This document shows positions 18,744-28,480 of a stretch of DNA of 64,000 bases, piece by piece. Source of the DNA: Spirochaetota bacterium (lineage in GTDB: Bacteria > Spirochaetota > UBA4802 > UBA5550); the NCBI GenBank assembly GCA_036745755.1, contig DAIOFM010000005.1, forward strand, positions 17,535-81,534, read 5' to 3'. Below the pieces are notes generated by a model that did not search any database, was not told where the DNA came from, and saw only the letters and a list, made by a program, of their open reading frames with translations. How positions within the stretch are numbered: position 1 is the first letter of the stretch; each line of letters begins with the position of its first letter. Position numbers and translations under genes: made by a program.

Positions 18744-20444
18744 TTAACTTATATGCAGCCTGTCAATAAAGGATTTCAGTTTTAAAGAAGAAATTTTTAT
18801 TTCATTATATAAAATTTCTTTAATCCGATTATCATCCATTGAATGACGTGAAATATAAAAATCAGTTTTTCTCATTAATGGTTTTAAGAGTGAATTAATA
18901 TCATTATCGTCAAGGATCATGTCAATACCGGAATATTTTTCTTCATCGGTTGAATCAGATTCAGTAATTGTTATTATATCATTTAATTTTGATTTTACAT
19001 CATTAATTTTTTGTAATAAAGAATTTATATTTTCAGTTTTAAATTTACTGAAAATATTATTAATAATTGATGATGGGGGAACAGATTTTGCCGGGAACTT
19101 AAGATCTTGAGCATATCTTTCTTCTGTATTGGCAATTCTTGCCCCTCCTGAATTTGAATTAATGACGGTTACTTTTATTTTTGCGGAAGAATCTTCAAAC
19201 CATGATTTATAGAGATCAAAGACGAAGTCAGATATTACCTTGCCGTTATTATCGAATTTTATTACGTATTTTATTTTTCTTTTTCTTATAACATTCTGAT
19301 TGATAGTATCAAGATTTTTAAACCTGTTGATCTGCGGCAGCCAGTCATCATTATGATAAGTTCCGCTGCAATGGATTTCTCTTCCGGAGTAGGCAAGATC
19401 CTGGCCAAACAGTATTATGCGGTCGCATCCCATGTTAAGAAGGAGATCAAAGGCGCTTGTGGCGACTGAGCCTCCTGACTGTATATCACCGGGAGATTTT
19501 ATATAATTTTCAACCCAATCCATGACAGGTGTTGTTTCACGTATCGTTTTACCTGAAGAGTCCTGATAGTATTTAGATGTTGTACTGATAATTTTTCTTC
19601 CCTGATAATAGTTAAGCACGGAAGGACAGCTGACTATATCTGAAACAAGGACTGATTCAGAGAAAGAAACTCCTGTAAAATGTTTAAAACTGTACTTCTG
19701 GGCATCCAGGGTCATTACGAAATGAGGTTCAATCCCGGATTTTGATAATACTTTAAAAGCTGTATCTACACAAACAATAACAGCCGAGTTTTTCAGGTTT
19801 CTAAGATATTCAATATCTTTCTTAAGCGAGGGACCTGCTGAAACGATAATCCCCGGGTATCCCTTAAAACAGTCGAAAAAAGCAGAAACGCCAGGAACTT
19901 TACCCAGCCATTTCATATTAAGAAAAATATTTTTTACCCATTTTTTTTCAAATTCAAAACGGGTCAGAAGGTCACTGACACGTGAAGAAATGAATAATTT
20001 CATATCAGATATAATATTATCATAAAATTGCGGATTAAGCTGATAGGAGGGGCGGTGTATATAGTGTGCGATTCCTTTGAATTCTGTAAGTTTAATTGAT
20101 TCAAAAAAAGGGATAAGATCCTGCTCGGAATGGATACTGGGAATTCCATTAAGAGAGGAGGGATTGTGCTTCTGGCATAAAACTGTGACCTCAGGATCTT
20201 TTTCAAGTGCGATTATTTTAATATCCGGATATTTAACTTTTAATGCAGCTATATGATATCCGAGCGCTATACCTGACACGATAATTACGGAACATTTACC
20301 GGAGTTAAAGGCTTCTACATTTCTTTCTGCTTCTTTTATAGGATTATAAGCTGAATGAAGTTTTATGTCTCTATCGGAACCACTTTTACGTCCAATAATG
20401 GTTTTAGAACCCTCTCTTGTTTCAGAAACAACATAGTCAATCAT
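18744..20444 (-). CDS. Motility-associated factor (Maf/DUF115) flagellin glycosyltransferase-like
   Basis: KLHSAYNPIKEA, IIVSAGPSL, VCVDTA, PHFVMTLD, GGSVATSAF, ILFGQDLAY. Confidence 0.85.
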   Translation of the reverse strand: MIDYVVSETREGSKTIIGRKSGSDRDIKLHSAYNPIKEAERNVEAFNSGKCSVIIVSGIALGYHIAALKVKYPDIKIIALEKDPEVTVLCQKHNPSSLNGIPSIHSEQDLIPFFESIKLTEFKGIAHYIHRPSYQLNPQFYDNIISDMKLFISSRVSDLLTRFEFEKKWVKNIFLNMKWLGKVPGVSAFFDCFKGYPGIIVSAGPSLKKDIEYLRNLKNSAVIVCVDTAFKVLSKSGIEPHFVMTLDAQKYSFKHFTGVSFSESVLVSDIVSCPSVLNYYQGRKIISTTSKYYQDSSGKTIRETTPVMDWVENYIKSPGDIQSGGSVATSAFDLLLNMGCDRIILFGQDLAYSGREIHCSGTYHNDDWLPQINRFKNLDTINQNVIRKRKIKYVIKFDNNGKVISDFVFDLYKSWFEDSSAKIKVTVINSNSGGARIANTEERYAQDLKFPAKSVPPSSIINNIFSKFKTENINSLLQKINDVKSKLNDIITITESDSTDEEKYSGIDMILDDNDINSLLKPLMRKTDFYISRHSMDDNRIKEILYNEIKISSLKLKSFIDRLHIS

Positions 20445-20449
20445 AAGAA

Positions 20450-21940
20450 TCAGCCTGTTGTTGTAATCTGGTTTGAATAGCCTGTTTTAAGCTTTTCATG
20501 AAATTCTTTCAGGTCATCCATGGAACTTATATTAAGCCACTCAAGAATATCGGTTTCTATGTAATAATAACTGTATTTGTTCTTTTCAACACCGCAAAGC
20601 ATGTTCGCGAGATATACAGAAAAAGTAAGTTCCCTGAATTCGTTGTCAACATTCAGGGGGGAATGATGATGCTCAATGGCAAGCTTCAGATTGGGAGGGA
20701 AATTCCATTTATCAGCAATTAATCCGCCAAGTTCAGCATGGCTTATGCCAACTGAAATTTCTTCAAGTATAGAAGAGGATCTTAGCTGTTTATTCCGTGT
20801 AATCTCAGATATCGTGTTTATAATTTTGTCATCAGCAGACATTAGAATAATTTTACCGATATCATGAAGCAGCCCGGCTATAAAAGCTGAATCAGCAAGA
20901 GGGCCGAGTTGTTTGGATTTGGCGATGATTGTTGAATAATAAGCAACACGTATGCAGTGTTCCCATATAACTTCAAATTTTTTATATTTATTCTGCAATA
21001 TCGTTTTGGCTGCGCTTGCGGTAAGAATAAGATTAAGATTTTTGAGGCCTATTATTTTTACCGCGTCTTTTATAGTCGAAATCCTTTTACCGGGAACGAA
21101 ACCGGCTGAGTTGGAAAGTTTAATAACATCAGCAGTAAGTGAGGGATCAAGGCTGATTTTTGAAGATATAGCATCTATTGTCGAATCTTTACGGCTGCAA
21201 AGATTTTGAAGTTCTATTATGTTTTCAGGAAAAGTCGGTAAGGTTTCAACGTCATCAAGGACTTTATTTTTTACAGAAGAGATAATGCTCTCCTCTTTAA
21301 GCTGTTTTGGTATTTTTATTGTTACTGAAACACCTTTATCATCAGGTTCAATTGCAAGGTTGTCAACTCCTATGCCGGAGTTTTTAAGGAGAAATACCAT
21401 CAGGGCCAGCCCTAATCCTGCTCCTTCTGTTGAATCATAAATATCATTATAGGCTTCTGCGAGATTTTGATATTGTTTTGACTGCTCAAGACGTTTAGTA
21501 ATTCTGTTATACTCTTCCTCTATAATTGCTACATTGTTAAAAACAGTTATTTTAAGAAAATTTTCAAATTGTTTAAAGTTGACCTGAATATGATAATTAT
21601 CCTGGGAAGTAATTTCATCCTCTATTTCGTCAAGTCTGTACAGGTAGTCATCCTTGAAATTCTCCATAATTACAGCATACTGCTCTGTGTTATTAAGATC
21701 AACACCGAGTTTTTTAAAATAGAGCCGTTTCAGGTTTGCCTTAAATGCGTTGAAAATTATTTCACGTATAATTGTAATAAGTGTTTCAAGCAGGAAAATA
21801 TTACCCTGAGTTGAGAGAATTTTTACAAGAATAGCATTTATAAGCAGTAGTGATTTTTCATCAACGAATTTTAAAGAGAATCCAACATTTTCACCTTTTA
21901 TGATTCTCTCTGAATATTTTTTTCCTTCTGTAAATAACAT
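20450..21940 (-). CDS. HDOD domain protein with degenerate N-terminal HATPase-like domain
   Basis: LPTFP, DPSLTADVIKLSNS, IIGLKNL, AGLLHDIGK, HAELGGLIADKWNFP; N-terminal GAGLGL. Confidence 0.88.
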   Translation of the reverse strand: MLFTEGKKYSERIIKGENVGFSLKFVDEKSLLLINAILVKILSTQGNIFLLETLITIIREIIFNAFKANLKRLYFKKLGVDLNNTEQYAVIMENFKDDYLYRLDEIEDEITSQDNYHIQVNFKQFENFLKITVFNNVAIIEEEYNRITKRLEQSKQYQNLAEAYNDIYDSTEGAGLGLALMVFLLKNSGIGVDNLAIEPDDKGVSVTIKIPKQLKEESIISSVKNKVLDDVETLPTFPENIIELQNLCSRKDSTIDAISSKISLDPSLTADVIKLSNSAGFVPGKRISTIKDAVKIIGLKNLNLILTASAAKTILQNKYKKFEVIWEHCIRVAYYSTIIAKSKQLGPLADSAFIAGLLHDIGKIILMSADDKIINTISEITRNKQLRSSSILEEISVGISHAELGGLIADKWNFPPNLKLAIEHHHSPLNVDNEFRELTFSVYLANMLCGVEKNKYSYYYIETDILEWLNISSMDDLKEFHEKLKTGYSNQITTTG

Positions 21941-22030
21941 GATACCTTCTACTGATAAACCTTTTTATTTTATTATCGGTTTATAAATACAAAAATAATA
22001 TGAGTTTAGAAAGTAATAAGCCAATAAAAT

Positions 22031-23938
22031 CTAATTTATCGGAAAAATAATTTTTATGTTTTCTCTTTCAAATGAACTTATAAGTTTTTTAAATTCATTA
22101 TTAAAATCAGGTAATAATAAAAAACGGCATTCGTCAATTATAAAATAACTGCTTATCTTTTTACATGCCTGTATATTAGCTGAAGATGAATTATTTAATG
22201 TAATGTTTTTAATATCGATATTGAGCCTTGTAACCTGTTTTAGCAGAATATCTGCATCATCTTGTTTTTTAATATCCAGATATATTTCAGGCACATCGTT
22301 AAGTTCAATTTCAATTGAGGATTTATCTGAATAAAATGTTAGATTATTGCAGTGACTCATTGCGGGGATTTTAAAATATAATGTGCATAATACGATGGAT
22401 AAAATTATCTGAATTCCTCTAAAATTCATGTTTCTCATTGAAGGTAGCAGCGGCATTAAAGATAATGAAAGCAGTAGTAATGGAATAAGGTAATTATCAA
22501 ATATATAAAAATTAAAATTCAATTCTGAAAAGAAAGTAACAGCACCTGTAAGAGTTTTATAACAAAAAGAAGTTATACTTCCGGTAATACCGGTTAATAT
22601 ATTAAAAGTTGATGCTACTGAAAAAGACAATAACGCTGAATATATAAAAATTGCGGCGAGAGGAATAATTACGATGTTGCTGATAATTGAAATGGTGTTA
22701 ATCTGATTCAGGTTAAACATTATAATCGGAACAGTGAAAATTTGTGCTGAAGCTGTCAGGGAAACAGATTTTTTTATAAATGACGGCAAACCGTTCATTG
22801 ATTTCAGATATAAATCGTAAAATAGAACAATTCCCAGTGTCGCACCGAAACTTAACTGAAATCCCAGACTGAATATTTCATGGGGAGCATATAAATTAAT
22901 CACTGTAGCAGTCAGCATCAAGGTATTTAATGCATTTGATTTTCTGTGAAACAATATCTGAATATAAAAGAGTCCATACATGAGTGATGCCCTTATAAGC
23001 GAAACAGGCATATCTGTTAAAAAGAGATAGAAGGCGACTACACAAAGAGAAATAAACATTACAATACGTCGTTTAAGATTGAAGATCAAAAGGAAAAGCG
23101 GGATAGCTGCCGCAATTCCTACATGAAGTCCTGATGCTGAAAGGATGTGTAGAACACCTGCATCTCTGAAGCAGGAAGTTATCACTTTGCTGATTGAACT
23201 TCTGTTGCCGGTGAATAAAGCTGTAATTATACCGGCTGTTTCTTTATCAAAGATTCGGTTTATTCTGTTTTTTAAGGAGGCTTTTACTCTTTCCCGGAAA
23301 CCTTTTTTACCTTTTAAAATAACAGTTATATCGTTATCACTGACTGAAGATAGAAAATATATGCCTTTCTGATAATAGTTCAGGAATTTTGAATCATCAG
23401 AATTCCTGTTTAAGCGTGATATTTTTTTGTGAATAAAAATCGTATCGCCGGCATATAGATCTGTAAAACCTTGATAGTATAATGCGATCTTAAAAGGGGA
23501 GTTGGGGTATTCATCTGTCGGCTCAACGGTCAACCTGGAAAAATTTCTTTTGATATCGACATCGCAAACGACAGCTGAAAAATCAGCTATTGAATCCGGT
23601 AGAGAATCAGTTGCTGTTATTTTAGTTATATGTAATAGAATCAGTGAGAATGTAAAAACTGATGTGCCTAGAATCAATGATAAAGTTTTTAAATTGAGGC
23701 CTGATTCATTTATAAAAAAATGAATGTATCTTTTAATACATATAATCAAAAGAGCCAATGTGAGAACAGATATTATAATACCCGAATAAAATACGGTTTG
23801 AGAAGGAAAAATATGATTATAAGAAAATAGCGTTGAAGAGGCCGTAAGACCGAATAAAGAGACAGAGGGTACAGTTATTTTATCCAGTATTTTTTTATAT
23901 TCGTCCAACTCTGAATATAAACCCCATACTGCATCCAA
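22031..23938 (-). CDS. comEC: ComEC/Rec2 competence membrane protein (no clear MBL domain)
   Basis: GVLHILSASGLHVG, VSLIRASLM, LGFQLSFGAT; many TM segments. True start uncertain (overlaps the upstream gene). Confidence 0.85.
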   Translation of the reverse strand: MDAVWGLYSELDEYKKILDKITVPSVSLFGLTASSTLFSYNHIFPSQTVFYSGIIISVLTLALLIICIKRYIHFFINESGLNLKTLSLILGTSVFTFSLILLHITKITATDSLPDSIADFSAVVCDVDIKRNFSRLTVEPTDEYPNSPFKIALYYQGFTDLYAGDTIFIHKKISRLNRNSDDSKFLNYYQKGIYFLSSVSDNDITVILKGKKGFRERVKASLKNRINRIFDKETAGIITALFTGNRSSISKVITSCFRDAGVLHILSASGLHVGIAAAIPLFLLIFNLKRRIVMFISLCVVAFYLFLTDMPVSLIRASLMYGLFYIQILFHRKSNALNTLMLTATVINLYAPHEIFSLGFQLSFGATLGIVLFYDLYLKSMNGLPSFIKKSVSLTASAQIFTVPIIMFNLNQINTISIISNIVIIPLAAIFIYSALLSFSVASTFNILTGITGSITSFCYKTLTGAVTFFSELNFNFYIFDNYLIPLLLLSLSLMPLLPSMRNMNFRGIQIILSIVLCTLYFKIPAMSHCNNLTFYSDKSSIEIELNDVPEIYLDIKKQDDADILLKQVTRLNIDIKNITLNNSSSANIQACKKISSYFIIDECRFLLLPDFNNEFKKLISSFERENIKIIFPIN

Positions 23939-24482
23939 AAGAACTGAATTCAGTATCTTCGCCTACAGCAAAAGTGCCGTATTTAGCGAATATGTTTATG
24001 AAAAATTTTGTCTGGTTTGTTGTTCTGAACATAGCGCTGAGCGGAAAATATAAACCTGCGCTGCCATTATGTTCACTGCTTGAAGGAGGTGTCTCCATAT
24101 ATAAGCCCAATCCTCCACCAAGTGAAAAAATATCTCCAAATCTATAATAATAGATTCCTGCCAGAATAAACTCAAGACATGTAAGTGTTGTATCATATGA
24201 ACTGTAAGAGTATTTAGCCTGGAAATCTCCGCACATATTATGTGCTAATATTTTCAGGTCAATGCCTCCGGTATATGAATTACCCGATACATTCTCAGTT
24301 TTTGTTTCATTGTCAATCCAGTCTCTGTATTTAGCGGTGTTCTGTGAATATGAAATTACAGGTCCTATATATGTATAGTTAAGAGATGACTCTTCACGTA
24401 TTTCCTGTGTGAATGCATCAGGAGTAAGTGAAAATATCATAAAGCATAAAAGAAAAAAGAAAGAATTTATCTTAACGTACAA
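23895..24482 (-). CDS. Predicted outer-membrane beta-barrel protein
   Basis: Signal peptide, alternating beta strands rich in G/Y/F, terminal GFIFRVGRI. Confidence 0.6.
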   Translation of the reverse strand: MYVKINSFFFLLCFMIFSLTPDAFTQEIREESSLNYTYIGPVISYSQNTAKYRDWIDNETKTENVSGNSYTGGIDLKILAHNMCGDFQAKYSYSSYDTTLTCLEFILAGIYYYRFGDIFSLGGGLGLYMETPPSSSEHNGSAGLYFPLSAMFRTTNQTKFFINIFAKYGTFAVGEDTEFSSFGCSMGFIFRVGRI

Positions 24483-24496
24483 TAGGTACCTCTGTT

Positions 24497-25108
24497 TTAT
24501 TTAATATTCAAAGGATTTTTAACCACCTGAGCATTAGAAGGAACATTAAAATCAAATATACTGGGAATTACTGCCGCAGAAGTGCTGATATTGGACAGTG
24601 AGAAATTATATGTTCCGCCATTTTTTGATTTTAAGATTGCTTTTCTAAGAAAAAAAGTTGAGTCAACCATGAGTATTATTTCAGAGAACGATCTATCATT
24701 ATTTTTCAGTTTTATCGTATAACCACCGGGCCCCTGGGCTGTAACTATTGCGAAATAACCTGAAGTAAGTGCAGCAATTCCGCCTGAACCGCCCCTGGCA
24801 AGATCCTGTACTCCGCAGATATTACTTCCGGAGGAATAAATCCATAAACTTTTACCGTTGGATACAATCGTCTTGCCAGCGGGAGAGCTGAATTTGACAT
24901 ATATTTTCCCCGGGCTTAAATATTTAAAAGCTCCTGTATATGTCTCTCCGCCGGAACGAGACCATGATATTATTCCGGTAAGTTTCCCTGAACTGTTCAT
25001 TCTCGCTCTGAATTTTGCAAGGGCTTCATCACCTGTTAAAGCAAAAGCGGAATGGGCCGCATTAAGGATAAATAAAACAGTTATTGTTAAAAGTGATAAT
25101 TTTTTCAT
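24497..25108 (-). CDS. LolA-family periplasmic lipoprotein carrier
   Basis: Signal peptide; KYLSPGKIYVKF...KTIVSNGKSLWIY; terminal FDFNVPSNAQVV. Confidence 0.8.
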   Translation of the reverse strand: MKKLSLLTITVLFILNAAHSAFALTGDEALAKFRARMNSSGKLTGIISWSRSGGETYTGAFKYLSPGKIYVKFSSPAGKTIVSNGKSLWIYSSGSNICGVQDLARGGSGGIAALTSGYFAIVTAQGPGGYTIKLKNNDRSFSEIILMVDSTFFLRKAILKSKNGGTYNFSLSNISTSAAVIPSIFDFNVPSNAQVVKNPLNIK

Positions 25109-25270
25109 AATTTGTGAATTCCTGTATGTAAAACGACTGCTAAAGCCTTAGTTGAAAAATTTTTTGATAAAATACTTTCTATAGGGTTATTTTTCAACAA
25201 TAATATATTGATATACTTTTTTTTGATGGTATGATTTATGGAATAAATCTCTTACCTAATACAGCTGAAC

Positions 25271-25996
25271 ATGGATGGGGCGATTGGTTATATGAAAAAA
25301 TTTTTAGTTATCGTTATTCTTTTTACAGGGTTGATGCTGGTATCTGTAGCCTATAGCGGCAGGGTTTACAGATTTTATATAAAATTTTATTATAATATAT
25401 TTTACAGTGAGGATGAAATAGTCAAAAAAGGGTGGGAGTTGTATGACGGTGGGCGTTACAATGAACTTCATGATTTTATTGAACCTATACTGGAAGTATA
25501 TGTCTGGAATAATGATATTAAAAAGATAGCAGGCCTTAATTTTATTAAACTTGGTGAACCTCTCAAGGGTGCTGATCTTTACGCGTCATCTTTTGAAAAT
25601 GGTAATGGAGAAAGCGGTGAACTGATTAAAGTATTGAGGATACTATTCCGCAATGGGGACTATGGTGAAATAGTCTATTTCTACGACAGGAATATTTTGA
25701 GAAATAATGTGAATGTAGCATTTTATTATGGAGCTTCACTGTATTATCAGGGGAGGAGCGGAGAATCTCTGGAGAGCCTTGCATATGCCCGTGAAAATGG
25801 TTTTATCGGTGAGGAGATAGATTATTATACAGGGCTTGCATATGAGAAGGAGGGAAGGCTTAAAGAAGCGGCATATATGCTGCAGAAAGCTTATAATTCA
25901 AACAGGTATAATAAGGATATTAAGAGTGCACTTATCAGGGTTTACAGGCAGAAAGGTGATTTTGAAATGGCGGAAATGGTTATTAGAAAAAAATAA
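25271..25996 (+). CDS. Membrane-anchored TPR protein
   Basis: N-terminal TM; AFYYGASLYYQG, YYTGLAYEKEG, ALIRVYRQKG. Confidence 0.75.
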   Translation: MDGAIGYMKKFLVIVILFTGLMLVSVAYSGRVYRFYIKFYYNIFYSEDEIVKKGWELYDGGRYNELHDFIEPILEVYVWNNDIKKIAGLNFIKLGEPLKGADLYASSFENGNGESGELIKVLRILFRNGDYGEIVYFYDRNILRNNVNVAFYYGASLYYQGRSGESLESLAYARENGFIGEEIDYYTGLAYEKEGRLKEAAYMLQKAYNSNRYNKDIKSALIRVYRQKGDFEMAEMVIRKK

Positions 25997-27043
25997 TCAT
26001 GATTTTTCTGATAATTCAGTTCTAAGAGAATTAATGATTTTAACAGATATCTCTTCAATATTACCGCCTGTTATTTCAGATTCTGCTGTAATCAGTTTAT
26101 TGTCCTTTAAGGATATACCTCTGATCCAGGCTGTATTTTTATCATCATTAAAACCGATTATTATAAGATATTCAAACGACCCTCGATCAAAGTCAAGTGC
26201 CCTGTTTGTAAAATTTTCGATGGTCTTTTCAAAATTAAAGGCATATTTATTATATATATCTCTCTGTTGAATCAAATCCCTGTAATATTGTGCACCTGAC
26301 CATGTCCCATGTAGAAGCTCAACCTCTGATCTGTCAGCAATAATTTTATAGCTGGCATTTTGAGTGTGGACAGTGTATAATGACATTATACTGTTTTCAT
26401 CAAGGTGTGTGTATATTTCATTTCCCTGTACAGAGGAAAGTTTATATCCGTTTTTCATAAAGTTATAATAAAGAATATTAAGATCTTCACCTTCAATATT
26501 CGTTATTATGCTAACCTTGCTGTTATTCACGATAGTGCCTGCTTTATAAAGCATTGAATCAGAGGCGATGTTTTTTATTTTAAAAGTTATTCTGTCAACC
26601 AGACGGAAAATTTCTGTTTCAAGCCGTCCTTCCTCTGTGAAACTGAAAACTTTCGTTGTATTGGTTTTATGCACCTTGATGGTGAGCCTTATTCTGTTTC
26701 CCGAAAGAGGTGTAAAGTTTCCGAAAACGAAGTAATCAGCCCTTATATATGATGAAAGATCTATAAGGTCATTATCTTCAATTTCCTTTCCGGTATATTT
26801 ACTCTCCTTGCTGTTTAAAATAGGAATCTTGCCCGGTTTTAATGAACTGACATTATGTTTGTTTTTTAATGCACTCGCGAATGAATTCGGGAGTACTTTC
26901 TGCAGATAGTCCATGCTGCTGCTTTCAGATTTATTTGTAAAATAACCGAATGCAACTGTTTCAGCAGAAACAGCAGAATGACACATAAAAATAATTATTA
27001 ATGTGGCAGATAGTGATTTCAGGATATTTACAGTTGATTTCAT
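25997..27043 (-). CDS. Exported two-domain protein (TolB-N/CsgG-like domain + domain paralogous to the neighbouring lipoprotein)
   Basis: Signal peptide; VAFGYFTN...ADYFVFGNF...IRLTIKV pattern; C-terminal half aligns by eye with 27040..27609. Confidence 0.55.
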   Translation of the reverse strand: MKSTVNILKSLSATLIIIFMCHSAVSAETVAFGYFTNKSESSSMDYLQKVLPNSFASALKNKHNVSSLKPGKIPILNSKESKYTGKEIEDNDLIDLSSYIRADYFVFGNFTPLSGNRIRLTIKVHKTNTTKVFSFTEEGRLETEIFRLVDRITFKIKNIASDSMLYKAGTIVNNSKVSIITNIEGEDLNILYYNFMKNGYKLSSVQGNEIYTHLDENSIMSLYTVHTQNASYKIIADRSEVELLHGTWSGAQYYRDLIQQRDIYNKYAFNFEKTIENFTNRALDFDRGSFEYLIIIGFNDDKNTAWIRGISLKDNKLITAESEITGGNIEEISVKIINSLRTELSEKS

Positions 27044-27609
27044 TTTCCTGTTATATTGTTGGCAAAGTGAGAAATAATAGTTTCAATATTATCATTATAT
27101 CCTGTAGGATAATTCTCAACGAAATCAATCTCAAATGTTCTGAGATTTACAACTCTTGCCCAGCTGACTTTTTCCCATTCATTCAGTTCAATAATGAGCA
27201 TATAATCAACATCCCACTCATTCCTGATCTGCTTGAGAAATTCTGCTTTATTCAACTCGAAATTATAAATATGAAGTTTGTAAATATTATCGTAGGTCTT
27301 TTCAACGGTTGAAACATTCTGCTCATCAAGATTATAGGAAAGTTTTTTAAGGTCTGAGATATCATAAACATCTTTCATTGTGTATAAATCAGATGCATTA
27401 AAAGCCTTAACCCTGAAGCCCTTATTGAGGAACGATACAAGTACAACGTTTTTAAGGGTGTTAGGGTAATCTATTATAACTGCTATTTTTGCATTTGACG
27501 GGATTCTGTTGGCTTTATATACAAGGCCCTTTTTGGATGTACATGATGCTATATAAAGCACTATTAATGTCACAATTAAAAATTTTATTAAATGTTTTTT
27601 TGAAGACAT
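27040..27609 (-). CDS. Lipoprotein, hypothetical
   Basis: Basic N-terminus, hydrophobic core and lipobox-like IASC. Confidence 0.65.
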   Translation of the reverse strand: MSSKKHLIKFLIVTLIVLYIASCTSKKGLVYKANRIPSNAKIAVIIDYPNTLKNVVLVSFLNKGFRVKAFNASDLYTMKDVYDISDLKKLSYNLDEQNVSTVEKTYDNIYKLHIYNFELNKAEFLKQIRNEWDVDYMLIIELNEWEKVSWARVVNLRTFEIDFVENYPTGYNDNIETIISHFANNITGK

Positions 27610-27709
27610 CTTAAAACCTCATCTGAATGTTTATTATTGAGTATACAAAGTATATCATATAAGTCAATATTAATATAGATCGGCAGGATAAATAATATTT
27701 TTTATAATT

Positions 27710-27735
27710 AAAAGAGCCCCTTTAAAAGAGGCTCT
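27710..27735 (-). terminator. Intrinsic terminator downstream of the 27748..28419 gene
   Basis: AGAGCC / GGCTCT stem followed by a T-rich tract on the minus strand. Confidence 0.55.
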
Positions 27736-27747
27736 AATCTAAAGGAG

Positions 27748-28419
27748 CTATTTCTGTGTGTTTTTCTGTTCTTCGCCTGCAGTTGCATTTTCTGAATTCT
27801 CTGTTTTTGTCCCGCTCTGTTTTGCCATATATTCCTTGAAACCGTCTTTATTGATGGCATGCTCTGCAAGGAGTTCAGCTACATATTTATTTGTTTCCTG
27901 TCTTGATTTCTGTTTGAAAACTTCCTGTTTTATGTATCTGGTGGCCTCTTCAGCTGTTCTGCCCGCGAACCTCGATCTGTTTTTGCTGTATATCATTTCA
28001 ATTTCTTCATCAGTTATTTTGATTTTATCCTTGAGCTTCTTTGACAGAAAATATTGTGCTGCTGTCTGGATTTTTACCATTTCGAGAAGAGTTTCAAGCT
28101 CCTCCTGATCCAGAGATTTGTCGTCCATTGCTTTTTCATATAAAACTTTCTGTGCAATAAGGTGTTCAAGAAAATTCGCCTTATTAAGAAACGGGTGATT
28201 GGCATATGCCGGGTTTTCAGCAAGTTTGTCAATTTCCTCTTTGGAATCGATATTTGTAAGCATTTTGCTCTGAACGTAATAGAATTTATTTAGTTCTTCT
28301 ACAGTTATTTTATCGCCATCAATTGTAGCAGCTGCATCTCCGAGCATGTTTTTGCATGATAAAAAAGATGTAATAATTACTGCCATTAGAGATAGAACAA
28401 CAACAGTTTTTTTGTTCAT
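27748..28419 (-). CDS. Lipoprotein with SurA/PrsA N-terminal chaperone-like domain
   Basis: Lipobox FLSC; ATIDGDKITVEEL...LEHLIAQKVLYEKA...ITDEEI; directly downstream of mfd; no rotamase motif seen. Confidence 0.65.
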   Translation of the reverse strand: MNKKTVVVLSLMAVIITSFLSCKNMLGDAAATIDGDKITVEELNKFYYVQSKMLTNIDSKEEIDKLAENPAYANHPFLNKANFLEHLIAQKVLYEKAMDDKSLDQEELETLLEMVKIQTAAQYFLSKKLKDKIKITDEEIEMIYSKNRSRFAGRTAEEATRYIKQEVFKQKSRQETNKYVAELLAEHAINKDGFKEYMAKQSGTKTENSENATAGEEQKNTQK

Positions 28420-28480
28420 AGATTTACCTTTTCTGATTATACTGTTTAAAATTTTGGGGAAATTATCCTGTATATAAATA

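Noticed and set aside
22031-23938. ComEC as evidence of an unusual competence system
   Set aside because: comEC is widespread; no pilin or other uptake genes are adjacent.
25836-26270. Plus-strand 144-aa ORF bridging two convergent genes
   Set aside because: Overlaps both real genes in alternative frames; no start context or motifs.
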